Notes: a model not told the origin generated them from the sequence alone. DNA of 63,980 nucleotides, filler included, from Nitrospinota bacterium (GCA_030620925.1; 13 parts of 13 records of this genome joined end to end with filler, not necessarily neighbours in it), one strand, 5' to 3'; positions 1 through 9,272 are shown, numbered from the whole stretch's first letter. Numbers and translations are program-made.

Positions 1-567
1 AAAGAAGGCGACTGGCTGCCCCGCCCCATCCTGGAATATTTCACAAAGCTCGAACCGAGCGACAGACATTTATACTTAGAGAATGCCTTTAACTATTCCG
101 GTCTAACTTGTGATGAATATACAGAAATGGATACGCTGATATATCTGATTAGCCTTTACCTGATAGACAGGTTTGCACGCGCCGACATCGAGGTGTGGGA
201 CGGCAAGTTCGAGTTCGGCCGTATGGGAGGATTGGTGTTGGCAGACGCCATCGGCCCCGACGAGTTGCGCGTAATCAAGGAAGGCGTTCAGATCAGCAAA
301 GAGCCCCTTCGCCAGTATCATAAGATACACCGGGCGGACTGGTATAAGAATACACAGGAAGCTAAAAAGATAGACCCTGAAAACTGGATCACAATCTGTA
401 AGGGAAATTTCAACTCAGAGCCGGAATCGATGGACCCCGAATTCAAGAACCTATGCGAAGATATGTATCAGGCCCTCACAAACGCCCTCACCGGCCACGC
501 ATGGTTTCCCGAAGCTCTTCCCCTTGACGAAGTAGTCAAACAGCTCAAAAAGTCCGGTATCGTTTGA
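1..567 (+). CDS. purC: SAICAR synthetase (phosphoribosylaminoimidazole-succinocarboxamide synthase), 5'-truncated by the window edge
   Basis: Frame appears open from base 1 (KEGDWLPRPILEYFTKLE...). Motifs DGKFEFG, LADAIGPDELR and SKEPLRQY match the PurC C-terminal signatures. Confidence 0.8.
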   Translation, partial: KEGDWLPRPILEYFTKLEPSDRHLYLENAFNYSGLTCDEYTEMDTLIYLISLYLIDRFARADIEVWDGKFEFGRMGGLVLADAIGPDELRVIKEGVQISKEPLRQYHKIHRADWYKNTQEAKKIDPENWITICKGNFNSEPESMDPEFKNLCEDMYQALTNALTGHAWFPEALPLDEVVKQLKKSGIV

Positions 568-739
568 TCGAAGTATTGTGCGGCGGTTCTCTGTTCTGGT
601 AGTAAATCTACAGGCGCAATAATCGGTTGCCTTCTTGCCCTTCACTCGGTTAATATCTAGCTGTGTGGTTAAACCATCGGATTAATCAATTTTAATTGAA
701 ACCCGTTGAGGAAAATAAAAACCGCAGGGGGATACAAAG

Positions 740-2413
740 ATGCAAGATGAAGAGATAAAAAATGAACGTGCCCGGTGGGAGCAGGAGACGCTCAAGAAAG
801 CGGTGGAGAGGTATCCGGAAAGAGAGGAACAGTTCACCACCTACTCCGGCATACCCATCAAGCAGATATACACCCCCGAAGACGTGGAGGGAATCAATTA
901 CACCGAAGACATAGGTTTCCCCGGTGAATACCCCTACACCCGCGGCATCCAGGCCACCATGTACCGGGGCCGACTGTGGACCATGCGCCAACTGGTGGGT
1001 TTCAACAGCATCGAAGAGACCAAAGCCCGGCAGCAGGAGTTCCTCGACCAGGGTGTAATTTCTGTTGCCATAAGCTCCGGAAGCTGTTTCGGCGGGGTCT
1101 ACGATTCGGACGACCCCCTTATGGAAGGGCTTCTGGGCCAGGGCACCACGGTGGCACGGGACACCCTGCAGGACACCAGGGATACTATGGAGGGCTTCGA
1201 CCTGGAGCAGGTCAGCGTCAATTTCCCCGGCGGCCAGCCCACGGCGGTGATAGACCTGGCGAAATTTCTGGTGGTCGCCGAGGAGCACGGCACGCCCTTC
1301 AATCTCCTGCGGGGGACGCTCCAGAACGACACCCTCTCCATGTTCATCTCCAACCACTACTACGAGTTCCCCGTGAAGCATGCCATGCGCCTGATGGTGG
1401 ATATAATAAAGTACTCCTGCGAGAACCTGCCACAGTTCAATCCCATCAGCATCAGCCCCCAACACCAGCGCGAGGCGGGGGCAACGGCTGTTCAGGAAGT
1501 GGCAATATCCTTCTGCAACGCCATCTCATACGTCCAGGCCTGCATCGACGCCGGTATGGACGTGGACACGTTCGCACCCCGATTTTCGTGGAACTTCGGT
1601 GTCTACATGGACCTCTTCGAGGAGGCGGCAAAATTCCGCGCCGCACGGCGGGTGTGGGCCAGAATAATGAAAGAGCGTTTCGGAGCAAAAAATCCACGGT
1701 CATGGATGCTGAGGGTACATGCTCAGACTTCCGGTTCGGCGTTGATGGCCCCCCAGCCGGAGAATAACATCATGCGAGTGACCATTCAGGCCCTGGCGGC
1801 GGTGCTGGGCGGAGTCAACTCGCTGCACACCGATGGTTTCGACGAGCCCTTAGCTATCCCCACGGAGCGTGCGGCGCGCCTTGCCATCCGCACCCAGCAG
1901 ATAATCGCGCACGAGAGCGGGGCCGCAAAGGTGGTGGACCCGCTGGCGGGGTCTTACTATGTGGAGTCGCTCACCAATCAGATAGAAGAAGAGGTGAGCG
2001 ATTTTATAAAGAAGGTGGACGATATGGGGGGTGCCGAGACGGCTGTGGAGAACGGTTTTTTCCAGCAGGAAATCGCCAGGTCGGCCTACGCACATCAGAT
2101 GGCCGTGGAACGCAAAGAAAGGATAATAGTCGGCGTTAACGATTTCAAGGTCGAGCAGGATTACCCGGTTGAAGTCTTCGAGGCAGATCAGGAAGCGGGC
2201 AGAAAACACCTTGAAAAGTTGCGCCGCATAAAAGAAGATCGGGATAAAGACCAGCTACGCCAGTCACTGGAGAAACTTAAAGGGGCCGCCGGGGGAGATG
2301 AAAACCTCGTACCCTATACCATGGAGGCGGTAAAAGCTATGACCACCACCGGTGAAATTATAGAAGCGCTGCGGGAAGTCTTCGGAACCTACACCAAACC
2401 CGCCACCTTCTGA
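740..2413 (+). CDS. Adenosylcobalamin-dependent acyl-CoA mutase, large (substrate-binding) subunit with non-canonical specificity residues
   Basis: PGEYPYTRG, WTMRQ, GTLQND, FAPRFS, AKFRAARR, HAQTSG, NSLHTDGFDE and DPLAGSYYVE motifs of the MCM/ICM family; 557 aa. Confidence 0.95.
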   Translation: MQDEEIKNERARWEQETLKKAVERYPEREEQFTTYSGIPIKQIYTPEDVEGINYTEDIGFPGEYPYTRGIQATMYRGRLWTMRQLVGFNSIEETKARQQEFLDQGVISVAISSGSCFGGVYDSDDPLMEGLLGQGTTVARDTLQDTRDTMEGFDLEQVSVNFPGGQPTAVIDLAKFLVVAEEHGTPFNLLRGTLQNDTLSMFISNHYYEFPVKHAMRLMVDIIKYSCENLPQFNPISISPQHQREAGATAVQEVAISFCNAISYVQACIDAGMDVDTFAPRFSWNFGVYMDLFEEAAKFRAARRVWARIMKERFGAKNPRSWMLRVHAQTSGSALMAPQPENNIMRVTIQALAAVLGGVNSLHTDGFDEPLAIPTERAARLAIRTQQIIAHESGAAKVVDPLAGSYYVESLTNQIEEEVSDFIKKVDDMGGAETAVENGFFQQEIARSAYAHQMAVERKERIIVGVNDFKVEQDYPVEVFEADQEAGRKHLEKLRRIKEDRDKDQLRQSLEKLKGAAGGDENLVPYTMEAVKAMTTTGEIIEALREVFGTYTKPATF

Positions 2414-2433
2414 TCGCATAGGGGGAAATTCTC

Positions 2434-2862
2434 GTGGGACAAAGTGATACGATTCGCATTCTGTTGGCCAAACCGCCAATAGACACCCACGACCGGGGAA
2501 TAATGATCCTGGCCAGGGCTCTCAGGGACGCCGGCATGGAGGTCATCTACGCCGGTCTGCGGCAGACCTGGGAGCAGATAGTCAATACCGCCATCGAGGA
2601 GGACGTAGACCTCATCGGTATCAGCTCCCTGGCCGGGGGTGAGCGGGTGCTCATCCCTAAATTCTGCAAACTGCTCAAGGAGAGCGACGCCGCGGACATA
2701 CCGGTCATAATTGGTGGTTCCGTCCTGGATAGAGAAATACCCGTCCTGGAAGAAGCGGGCGTTATAAAATGTTTCAAGAGCGGCACCAGCGCCGGCGAAG
2801 TGATAACCTACATACAAAACGCGTTCAAAAAAGGCCCTTCCCAGGTCGAGAGCAGCCGCTGA
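2434..2862 (+). CDS. Cobalamin-binding small subunit of the acyl-CoA mutase
   Basis: DTHDRG (DxHxxG) B12 His-on motif, plus LRDAGMEVIYAGLRQT, IGISSLAG and IIGG. Confidence 0.95.
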   Translation: MGQSDTIRILLAKPPIDTHDRGIMILARALRDAGMEVIYAGLRQTWEQIVNTAIEEDVDLIGISSLAGGERVLIPKFCKLLKESDAADIPVIIGGSVLDREIPVLEEAGVIKCFKSGTSAGEVITYIQNAFKKGPSQVESSR

Positions 2863-2878
2863 TCCCGTGGAGGTGGCC

Positions 2879-2995
2879 GCTGCCGGACACCGACAGATCA
2901 AGAACGCAGAACTGGCACTTCAGGAGAACGGCGGCGGGATAATCGGTCTCGAAGAATCGGCCTGCTCGGTAATTATCCTGCAAAAAGACAGATAA
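2879..2995 (+). pseudogene. Relic C-terminus of an SCP2-type thiolase
   Basis: Translates to AAGHRQIKNAELALQENGGGIIGLEESACSVIILQKDR*, matching the thiolase tail pattern (AGxRQ...ENGGG..G.EEA...IL). The rest of the gene is absent. Confidence 0.7.
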
Positions 2996-3079
2996 TCGCC
3001 GCGGGCTCAGGCCTGGGACATGGCGATGAAGGACTTTCCATTTAACAGGATTAATGGTTTGATATTCGGTTGAGGAGAG

Positions 3080-3889
3080 GTGTTGATTATGGGCGCCAGG
3101 GATATGTCCAAATGGGAGACAGCCATTTCTGAAGTAGTAAGCAGTGAAGATGAAGAAGAAGTTATCATTCGCGGGCACAAACTAAGCGACCTGGTGGGTA
3201 AGGTGACGTTTACAGAGATGATGTTTCTTCTCATCAAGGGCGAATTACCTTCGGAGGGACAAGCGAAGGTTCTGGATGCCTTGCTGGTGGCATCGATGGA
3301 GCATGGGATTGCACCGCCTGCGATGATGAGCCGGTGTCTGGCTTCATACGGGTCACCGATTCAGGCGGCGGTTGCGGCGGGGGTTCTTGTTTTTGGTGAC
3401 TGGACGGGAGGTGCGGGAGAGCAGTTTGCAAAAATGTTGGTGGCACACGTTGAAATGCTGAATAATAAACAAACAGGTATTAGTGATGAGAGTCTTAGAG
3501 ACGAGGCGAAAAAGATAGTCGAAGAAGCTCTCAGAACAGGACAACGGGTGGCCGGTTTCGGCATTCCTCTTCACAAAGAGGACCCGCGTGCGCCGGTATT
3601 ATTAAAAATAGCTCGTGAGGAAGGCATATTTAATATTTATTGTCGGTTCGCGAAGTTAATAGAAGAAGAATTAGGAAAGGCAGTTGGACATCCTATTCCG
3701 ATGAACCTTGATGGAGTGGGTGGAGCCATAATTCTGGATCTAGGATTTTCATGGCAATCGGCTCGCATATTTATAATCACTCCCCGAACCGTAAGTATGG
3801 GAGCGCATTATCTGGAAGAATCAGGGCAGGAAACAAGGTGGCGTCACATAACACAAGACCGGGTGGAATACGTTCCGGAGAAGCCATAG
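3080..3889 (+). CDS. Citryl-CoA lyase-like protein (citrate synthase fold)
   Basis: W(E)TAIS..., IRGHKLSDLVG, EHGIAPP, GFGIPLHKEDPRA and PMNLDG motifs; about 265 aa, the size of this subfamily. The start may be at 3089 or 3104. Confidence 0.85.
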   Translation: MLIMGARDMSKWETAISEVVSSEDEEEVIIRGHKLSDLVGKVTFTEMMFLLIKGELPSEGQAKVLDALLVASMEHGIAPPAMMSRCLASYGSPIQAAVAAGVLVFGDWTGGAGEQFAKMLVAHVEMLNNKQTGISDESLRDEAKKIVEEALRTGQRVAGFGIPLHKEDPRAPVLLKIAREEGIFNIYCRFAKLIEEELGKAVGHPIPMNLDGVGGAIILDLGFSWQSARIFIITPRTVSMGAHYLEESGQETRWRHITQDRVEYVPEKP

Positions 3890-4463
3890 GTTGATTCGTA
3901 GAAATGCGCTTGAGATTCGTCAGCCGAGGTCTAGTCCCTCACAGACTAAAGAAAAAACAAAGGGCAAGGTGGTGTGCCCTGCCCTTTGCGTTGTCGGTGA
4001 AGGTTATCAGTGATGACGGTCTCTTTTTTACAACCGGGAAGGTTTCGATATCCAGATTTTATTGTTGGTTTGAAAACCCTCAATAGTGGCAAGATATCGA
4101 AACTTATAATCCGATCTAACCTACCACAAGATCTTGTGTCTGCCATGCTTTGTGTTGAAGTTCAGCGAGGTGTGGACAAAAGGGAGCCAATCGCAATATT
4201 GATAACCGTAGAGTATCTCTTGAAAAAGAAATAGCCAATATGGGCAAAGAAATGCGTTCTGAGAAGGTTACCTACTTCCGCGATATTGCTATACTGAAGC
4301 GAGACTTAAGACAGTTCCAGAGAGAGTATAGGAATGAACTGAGGAGGGTTAAGATGTTGGGGGGGTAGCTAAAAGATTTCTTAAGGAAGGTTGGAGCGAA
4401 AAAGGATTAGTCACAAAAACTTAAAGTATTTTAGGGGTAAATGAATTGTAGATTTCTCCTATC

Positions 4464-4492
4464 TTGACATAAGCGCATAGTTACTGTTAAAT
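4464..4492 (+). promoter_or_regulatory. Putative sigma70 promoter for the DUF502 gene
   Basis: TTGACA-17 nt-TTAAAT, about 115 nt upstream of the ATG at 4606. Confidence 0.5.
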
Positions 4493-4605
4493 GGTTTTTC
4501 ATGGTCAGTAAAGTGTTTAAACCGGAGCAGGTAATGGGGCAGTAATTATCAGTCTGGGTTTTGTTATCTTTTATCCTCAACCGAACTTAGAAACGGGATA
4601 TACGG

Positions 4606-5298
4606 ATGCCGGACAAGAAAGGGAGCAGAAGGGCCTCATCTATCAGGAGGTACCTCCTGGCCGGATTATTCACTGTCATCCCCATCTGGATCACCTGGTT
4701 GGTGATAAAGTTCCTGCTCGGCCTGTTGAAGGGCGCCGGTGGCCCCATAGTAATTCTGATCTCCGATGCCGTGCGGCCATACGTACCGGCACTCGCCGAC
4801 TGGCTGTCCAACCCCTATTTTCAGTCCATAATCGCTGCTGTTATCATTTTCCTGGCTCTGTATCTGCTAGGTTGGGTCACCACACGGGTGGTGGGGAAGC
4901 GGCTCCTCAGGCTTTTCGACAGCATCATGGATCGGATACCCCTGGTGAGCACTATCTACGGCTCGGTTAAACAGCTTCTTACTTCGCTCGAGCATAAACC
5001 GGAGGGCGTTCAGCGTGTGGTTCTCATCGACTTCCCCTCACCCGAGATGAAGGCGGTGGGCTTCGTAACCCGCACACTTGTTGACGAGGACACCGGGGAA
5101 GAGCTGGCAGCCGTATACGTCCCTACCACGCCCAACCCCACCTCTGGTTACCTGGAAATCGTGCCCCTGGACAGGGTAACCTCCACCAACTGGACGGTCG
5201 AAGAGGCCATGACGTTCATAGTCTCCGGCGGGGCCGTTGCCCCTGAAACAATGAACTATAGCAAAAGCGCCGAGAAACCCGAAGAGCAGGCCCAGTGA
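4606..5298 (+). CDS. DUF502 family membrane protein
   Basis: Two TM helices followed by RIPLVSTIY, VYVPTTPNPTSGYL and EEAMTFIVSGG. Confidence 0.9.
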   Translation: MPDKKGSRRASSIRRYLLAGLFTVIPIWITWLVIKFLLGLLKGAGGPIVILISDAVRPYVPALADWLSNPYFQSIIAAVIIFLALYLLGWVTTRVVGKRLLRLFDSIMDRIPLVSTIYGSVKQLLTSLEHKPEGVQRVVLIDFPSPEMKAVGFVTRTLVDEDTGEELAAVYVPTTPNPTSGYLEIVPLDRVTSTNWTVEEAMTFIVSGGAVAPETMNYSKSAEKPEEQAQ

Positions 5299-5446
5299 GA
5301 CGCAGTTCACTCTACCTGACGCTTTAAACCGGATCGATGGCTCAAATATTCTCCTTTCGATTGAGACTCACGACAGGTTACGTTATACGCAAGCTGCGAC
5401 CTGGTAGTATCCCATCGACAAAGCATTAACCCCGAGTGGGACCTGT

Positions 5447-6001
5447 TTAGCCAAGTCGGCGTGTGTTCAATCGACGCCGCACGAATGGCACCCAGGAAGC
5501 TCGCGCCAGTACAACAACTATAATGGTCATGAGACCAGCGTTGACCGTCATCAAAGGCAATGGATCGATAGGGTGAAGATGGAAAGCCGGTGGAGTGTAA
5601 TGGATCTCGGGCTGCCAACCTACCGTATTTGATGCGAACACGAAGGTCCGCCCCAACGCAGACAAGGTCAGCAGCATCGCCAGCTTCTCTTGTACCCAAG
5701 CGCCAATTCTTTCAGACCGCTCATGAGGAGTTCCAAGCCGGCGGGCAAGTGCCGCAAAGACCTGATCCCCTTTGTAGATGAGAAATCCGAAAAGGAGAAA
5801 GAATGGCACGGCGAAGAAAAGTCGCGCTACCTCAGAGTATCGGCTTGGTGACGTAAGCCCAGGTGTGAACAGGGTGATAATTATGACCGGAACGCCAACC
5901 CCAATATAAACCGCCGCGGCTTGTCGGTATCTTGCCGCTCCCTGGTTCTTTCGGACCGGGTTCAACTCTTCCGCACCGCCCGTTATTTTCCTGCTCATCA
6001 C
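5447..6001 (-). CDS. Hypothetical membrane protein (about 4 TM)
   Basis: 184-aa ORF with four hydrophobic segments; no family recognised. Confidence 0.6.
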   Translation of the reverse strand: MMSRKITGGAEELNPVRKNQGAARYRQAAAVYIGVGVPVIIITLFTPGLTSPSRYSEVARLFFAVPFFLLFGFLIYKGDQVFAALARRLGTPHERSERIGAWVQEKLAMLLTLSALGRTFVFASNTVGWQPEIHYTPPAFHLHPIDPLPLMTVNAGLMTIIVVVLARASWVPFVRRRLNTRRLG

Positions 6002-6421
6002 AAACTCACATGTTGATCAACCGGTTAATGTCTATGCAGAGGAATACTATATCGAGCCACATGATGAAAAGAACATTTTTGCCCTGCAAATCCTCCTTGG
6101 TTACCCGCGGGAAAGCACATGGCGGGATATGCGGGCCTATGGAAAATTATGATAGCAGATGGAAACCTTTAGTGGGAAAGGCATTCATACTGGTTGCTGC
6201 CTTGGCAAGATATTGAAACTTTTTGCCTGAGCCAGTGATATACCATATCTTGTGCCTGCCCCTGATGAGCCAAAAAAAGGATACCTCCCTTGATCCTTCC
6301 CCTAAAATAATCTTGTTAACATCATAACCAGATTTTGCTATGGTAGTCGTAGAATTCATCTGCGATTAACTCCCAAGACAGAATAGAGTGCATCCGCACC
6401 AGTTCTGGAGGGTCGTCATAG

Positions 6422-7259
6422 ATGAAATGCCCACAATGCCATTCAGATTATAGAGAAGGAGCCAAGTTCTGCAAAGAATGCGGAACTAAATTGAAGTTAG
6501 CTTGTTCATCATGCGGAAGCGAGATTTCCCCTGACAGCAAGTTTTGTGAGGAATGTGGGCATAATTTAGCTAAGCCCGCGGAAACCACTCCGGTCGATTA
6601 CGACCGCCCAGAATCCTACACCCCAAAATTCCTGGCCGACAAGATACTCACCACCCGAAGCTCCATCGAAGGAGAGCGGAAGCTGGTGACGGTACTCTTC
6701 GCCGACGTCGCCGATTTCACTTCCCTTTCGGAGAAGCTGGACCCCGAAGAGGTCCATCAGATAATGGACGGCTGCTTCAAAATCCTGATGGACGAAATCC
6801 ACAAGTACGAGGGGACCGTCAACCAGTTCACCGGCGACGGGATCATGGCCCTTTTCGGCGCTCCGCTGGCTCACGAGGACCACGCCCAACGGGCCTGTCA
6901 TGCGGCGCTGACCATTCAGAGAACGATGGAGGAGTACGGCGAGAAGATAAAGGCGGAGCACGAGGCGGAGTTCAGGATGCGCATAGGTCTTAACTCCGGG
7001 CCGGTTATAGTCGGCTCCATCGGCGACGATTTGAGGATGGACTATACAGCCGTGGGGGATACCACCAACACCGCGTCACGAATGGAGAGCATGGCCGGGC
7101 CGGGAAGCGTCCTTTTATCTCAGAGCACGCACAGGATAGTCCGGGATTTCTTTGAATTTGAGGACAAGGGGGCGGTTGAGGTCAAAGGAAAAGAAGAGCC
7201 GCTGGAAGCATACGAGCTGTTAAGGGCCAGCGAAGTGGAGACCAGGCTCGACGCCTCCG
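6422..7259 (+). CDS. Double zinc-ribbon + class III adenylate/guanylate cyclase protein, 3'-truncated at the contig end
   Basis: Four CxxC motifs at the N-terminus; VTVLFADVADFT, FTGDGIMALFGAP, RIGLNSG, GDTTNTASR and VKGK. Confidence 0.93.
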
Positions 7260-7359
7260 NNNNNNNNNNNNNNNNNNNNNNNNNNNNNNNNNNNNNNNNN
7301 NNNTTAATTAATTAANNNNNNNNNNNNNNNNNNNNNNNNNNNNNNNNNNNNNNNNNNNN
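7260..7359. other. Artificial contig linker (first of 12)
   Basis: 44 N + TTAATTAATTAA + 44 N. Identical linkers at 12742-12841, 16647-16746, 20591-20690, 23680-23779, 27020-27119, 30265-30364, 32996-33095, 41047-41146, 49215-49314, 53177-53276 and 61028-61127. Confidence 0.99.
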
Positions 7360-7691
7360 AGGTGCTCGACCAATTCAAAGAGCTCACGGTCTTATTGGCC
7401 CATTTAGGCCGCGGATACGAAGACGAAGCGGCGGAGTTGGCCGCCGGGTACCCCAACGTATACTTCGATCTCTCCGCCTGCATTTCCGGCGCCGAGGCCG
7501 GCGATACCAAAGGGGACGACGAGGCGATGGAAATCATAAACAAAATCGGGGTGGAGAGGATAATGTTCGGCTCCGACTACCCGTGGTACGACCCCATACG
7601 CGACGCCCGGCGCATCATGGCCCTCCCCTTGACGGATGATGAGAAGCGGCTCATATTGAGCGAGAACGCCAAACGAATCCTTAACCTATAG
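7360..7691 (+). CDS. Amidohydrolase_2 family protein, C-terminal part
   Basis: LAHLG, YPNVYFDLS, RIMFGSDYPW and ILSENAKRIL motifs. Confidence 0.9.
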
Positions 7692-7702
7692 GAGGAACGC
7701 AA

Positions 7703-7930
7703 TTGGCGCTGGTAACAAACGTTGGCAGGACGGAACGGATCATTCGCATCTCCGCAGGCATAGTGGCAATTCTACTCTTCACTCCACTGGGGGGCGCAGC
7801 TCAGTGGGTATCCCTGGGCTTGGGGGTATTCTTTCTGGCGACAGGCGTAATGAACTACTGACCGTGAAAGCAGATGCTGCTGAGGTCCTCAGCGCAAGAG
7901 AGTTCGGAAAGCGAGAAGAAGGAAGAATAA
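7703..7930 (+). CDS. DUF2892/YgaP-like small membrane protein, candidate selenoprotein with two in-frame UGA (Y-U-P-U)
   Basis: GGAGGA RBS overlapping the upstream stop, then a TTG start. Translation: MALVTNVGRTERIIRISAGIVAILLFTPLGGAAQWVSLGLGVFFLATGVMNY-TGA-P-TGA-KQMLLRSSAQESSESEKKEE-TAA. NVGxxERxxR and LxTG...CP are DUF2892 hallmarks. Not in the ORF track. Confidence 0.7.
7875..7896 (+). promoter_or_regulatory. Candidate bacterial SECIS hairpin
   Basis: TGC-(bulged T)-GCTGAG-[GTC]-CTCAGC-GCA. The apical loop lies 17 nt after TGA 7865-7867 and 23 nt after TGA 7859-7861. Confidence 0.55.
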
Positions 7931-8135
7931 AAAACGTGGGGGGGAATCTTTCAGGCAGTTCCGCCTTCCGCGGGATTGTCCGGGGGAGAATCACCCCGCC
8001 ACAAGTGACGGCGTTCGAGCCCCGCCTGAAGGCAGGGTCATCAAATACCCACCCATGAATGAGTGGGTATGTAGGGTGGAACTGTACCAACTCGTTAGGC
8101 ATTACCTTTCTTAAATTAAGGTTCCCCTGAGAAGC

Positions 8136-9272
8136 TCATTTAAGTAAAGCTCTCGATATCACCACTTTCTGTATCTGATTGGTGCCGTCGAATATCTGCA
8201 ATATCTTGGCGTCCCGCATCATGCGTTCCACCGGATGGTCCCTCATCACCCCGTAACCCCCCAGGGCCTGCACGGCGTCCACGGTAACGCTCATGGCCAT
8301 ATCCGAGGAGAACAGCTTGGCCATGGCGCAGAACTTAGGCGCCTCAGCGTCGTCGGTCTCCATTCGTCGGGCGGTTTCATAGGTGAGGGAGCGAGCGGCT
8401 TCGAGGCGCGTGGCCATGTCCGCAAATAGAAACTGCATCCCCTGGAAATCGGCCACGGGCTGTTTGAACTGAACCCTCGACCTGGCGTACTCCATGGCGT
8501 AGTCCAGAGCCCCCCGGGCCAGGCCCACGCCCATGGCCGCCGCGTCGAGGCGGGCCTTATCCAGCGTCGTCATACATATCCTGAACCCTTTACCTTCCTC
8601 TCCGATCATGTTCTCTGCGGGGACCCGCACATCCTCAAGGCTCAATTCCGACACGTTGGAGGCCCGCAGGCCCACCTTGTCCTCAATGCGGCCTGGAGTC
8701 AGGCCCGGCGTTCCCTTCTCTACAAGGAAGCAGGAGATTCCCCGCGCCCCTTCCCCCGGTCGGGTCACGGCGAAGATGAAGTAGAGCATCGCCACCGAGC
8801 CGTTGGTGGCGAAACATTTGCTGCCGTTGATCACGTAATCGTCCCCGTCTTTGACCGCTCTTGTTTCCATGCCCGCCACGTCCGATCCCGCGTTGGGTTC
8901 GGTGATGGAGAGGCAGACAACCCCCTTTTCTTTGATGAGCATGGGGATGTACTTGCTCTTCTGTTCCTCGGTGCCCGCAATCAGGACGGGATGGCGGCTG
9001 TTGGCGACACCGCCGAAGGAGTGCGCGGTGGCGGTGTTGAAGCTGGCTATTTCCTCCACCACCATGGTGTTGGTGATGAGGTCCTTCCCCAGACCGCCGT
9101 ACTTCTCCGGGAAGAACATTCGGGTGAGGTCCGCCTTGGCAAATTCCTCGAGGATATCCCAGGGGTATTCACACGTCTGGTCAACTTCCGCTACCTTCGG
9201 CGCCAGTTTTTCCCGGCATATCCTGCGCACCGTCTGCCTTATCATCTCCTGTTCTTGCGTGAATTCCACCAT
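8136..9272 (-). CDS. Acyl-CoA dehydrogenase
   Basis: ITEPNAGSD, INGSKCFATNG, GLRAS, QALGGYG, RDAKILQIFDGTNQIQ. Confidence 0.95.
   Translation of the reverse strand: MVEFTQEQEMIRQTVRRICREKLAPKVAEVDQTCEYPWDILEEFAKADLTRMFFPEKYGGLGKDLITNTMVVEEIASFNTATAHSFGGVANSRHPVLIAGTEEQKSKYIPMLIKEKGVVCLSITEPNAGSDVAGMETRAVKDGDDYVINGSKCFATNGSVAMLYFIFAVTRPGEGARGISCFLVEKGTPGLTPGRIEDKVGLRASNVSELSLEDVRVPAENMIGEEGKGFRICMTTLDKARLDAAAMGVGLARGALDYAMEYARSRVQFKQPVADFQGMQFLFADMATRLEAARSLTYETARRMETDDAEAPKFCAMAKLFSSDMAMSVTVDAVQALGGYGVMRDHPVERMMRDAKILQIFDGTNQIQKVVISRALLK

Noticed and set aside
568-739. Possible cobalamin riboswitch upstream of the B12 mutase
   Set aside because: No recognisable B12-box or GGGAA...GCCCCCGCAACTGT-type core was seen. 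An Infernal/Rfam scan would be decisive.
5299-5446. Imperfect hairpin (CAGGTTACG...GCGACCTG) after the hypothetical membrane gene, as a possible integron attC
   Set aside because: No proper RYYYAAC/GTTRRRY core pair, no second cassette and no integrase.
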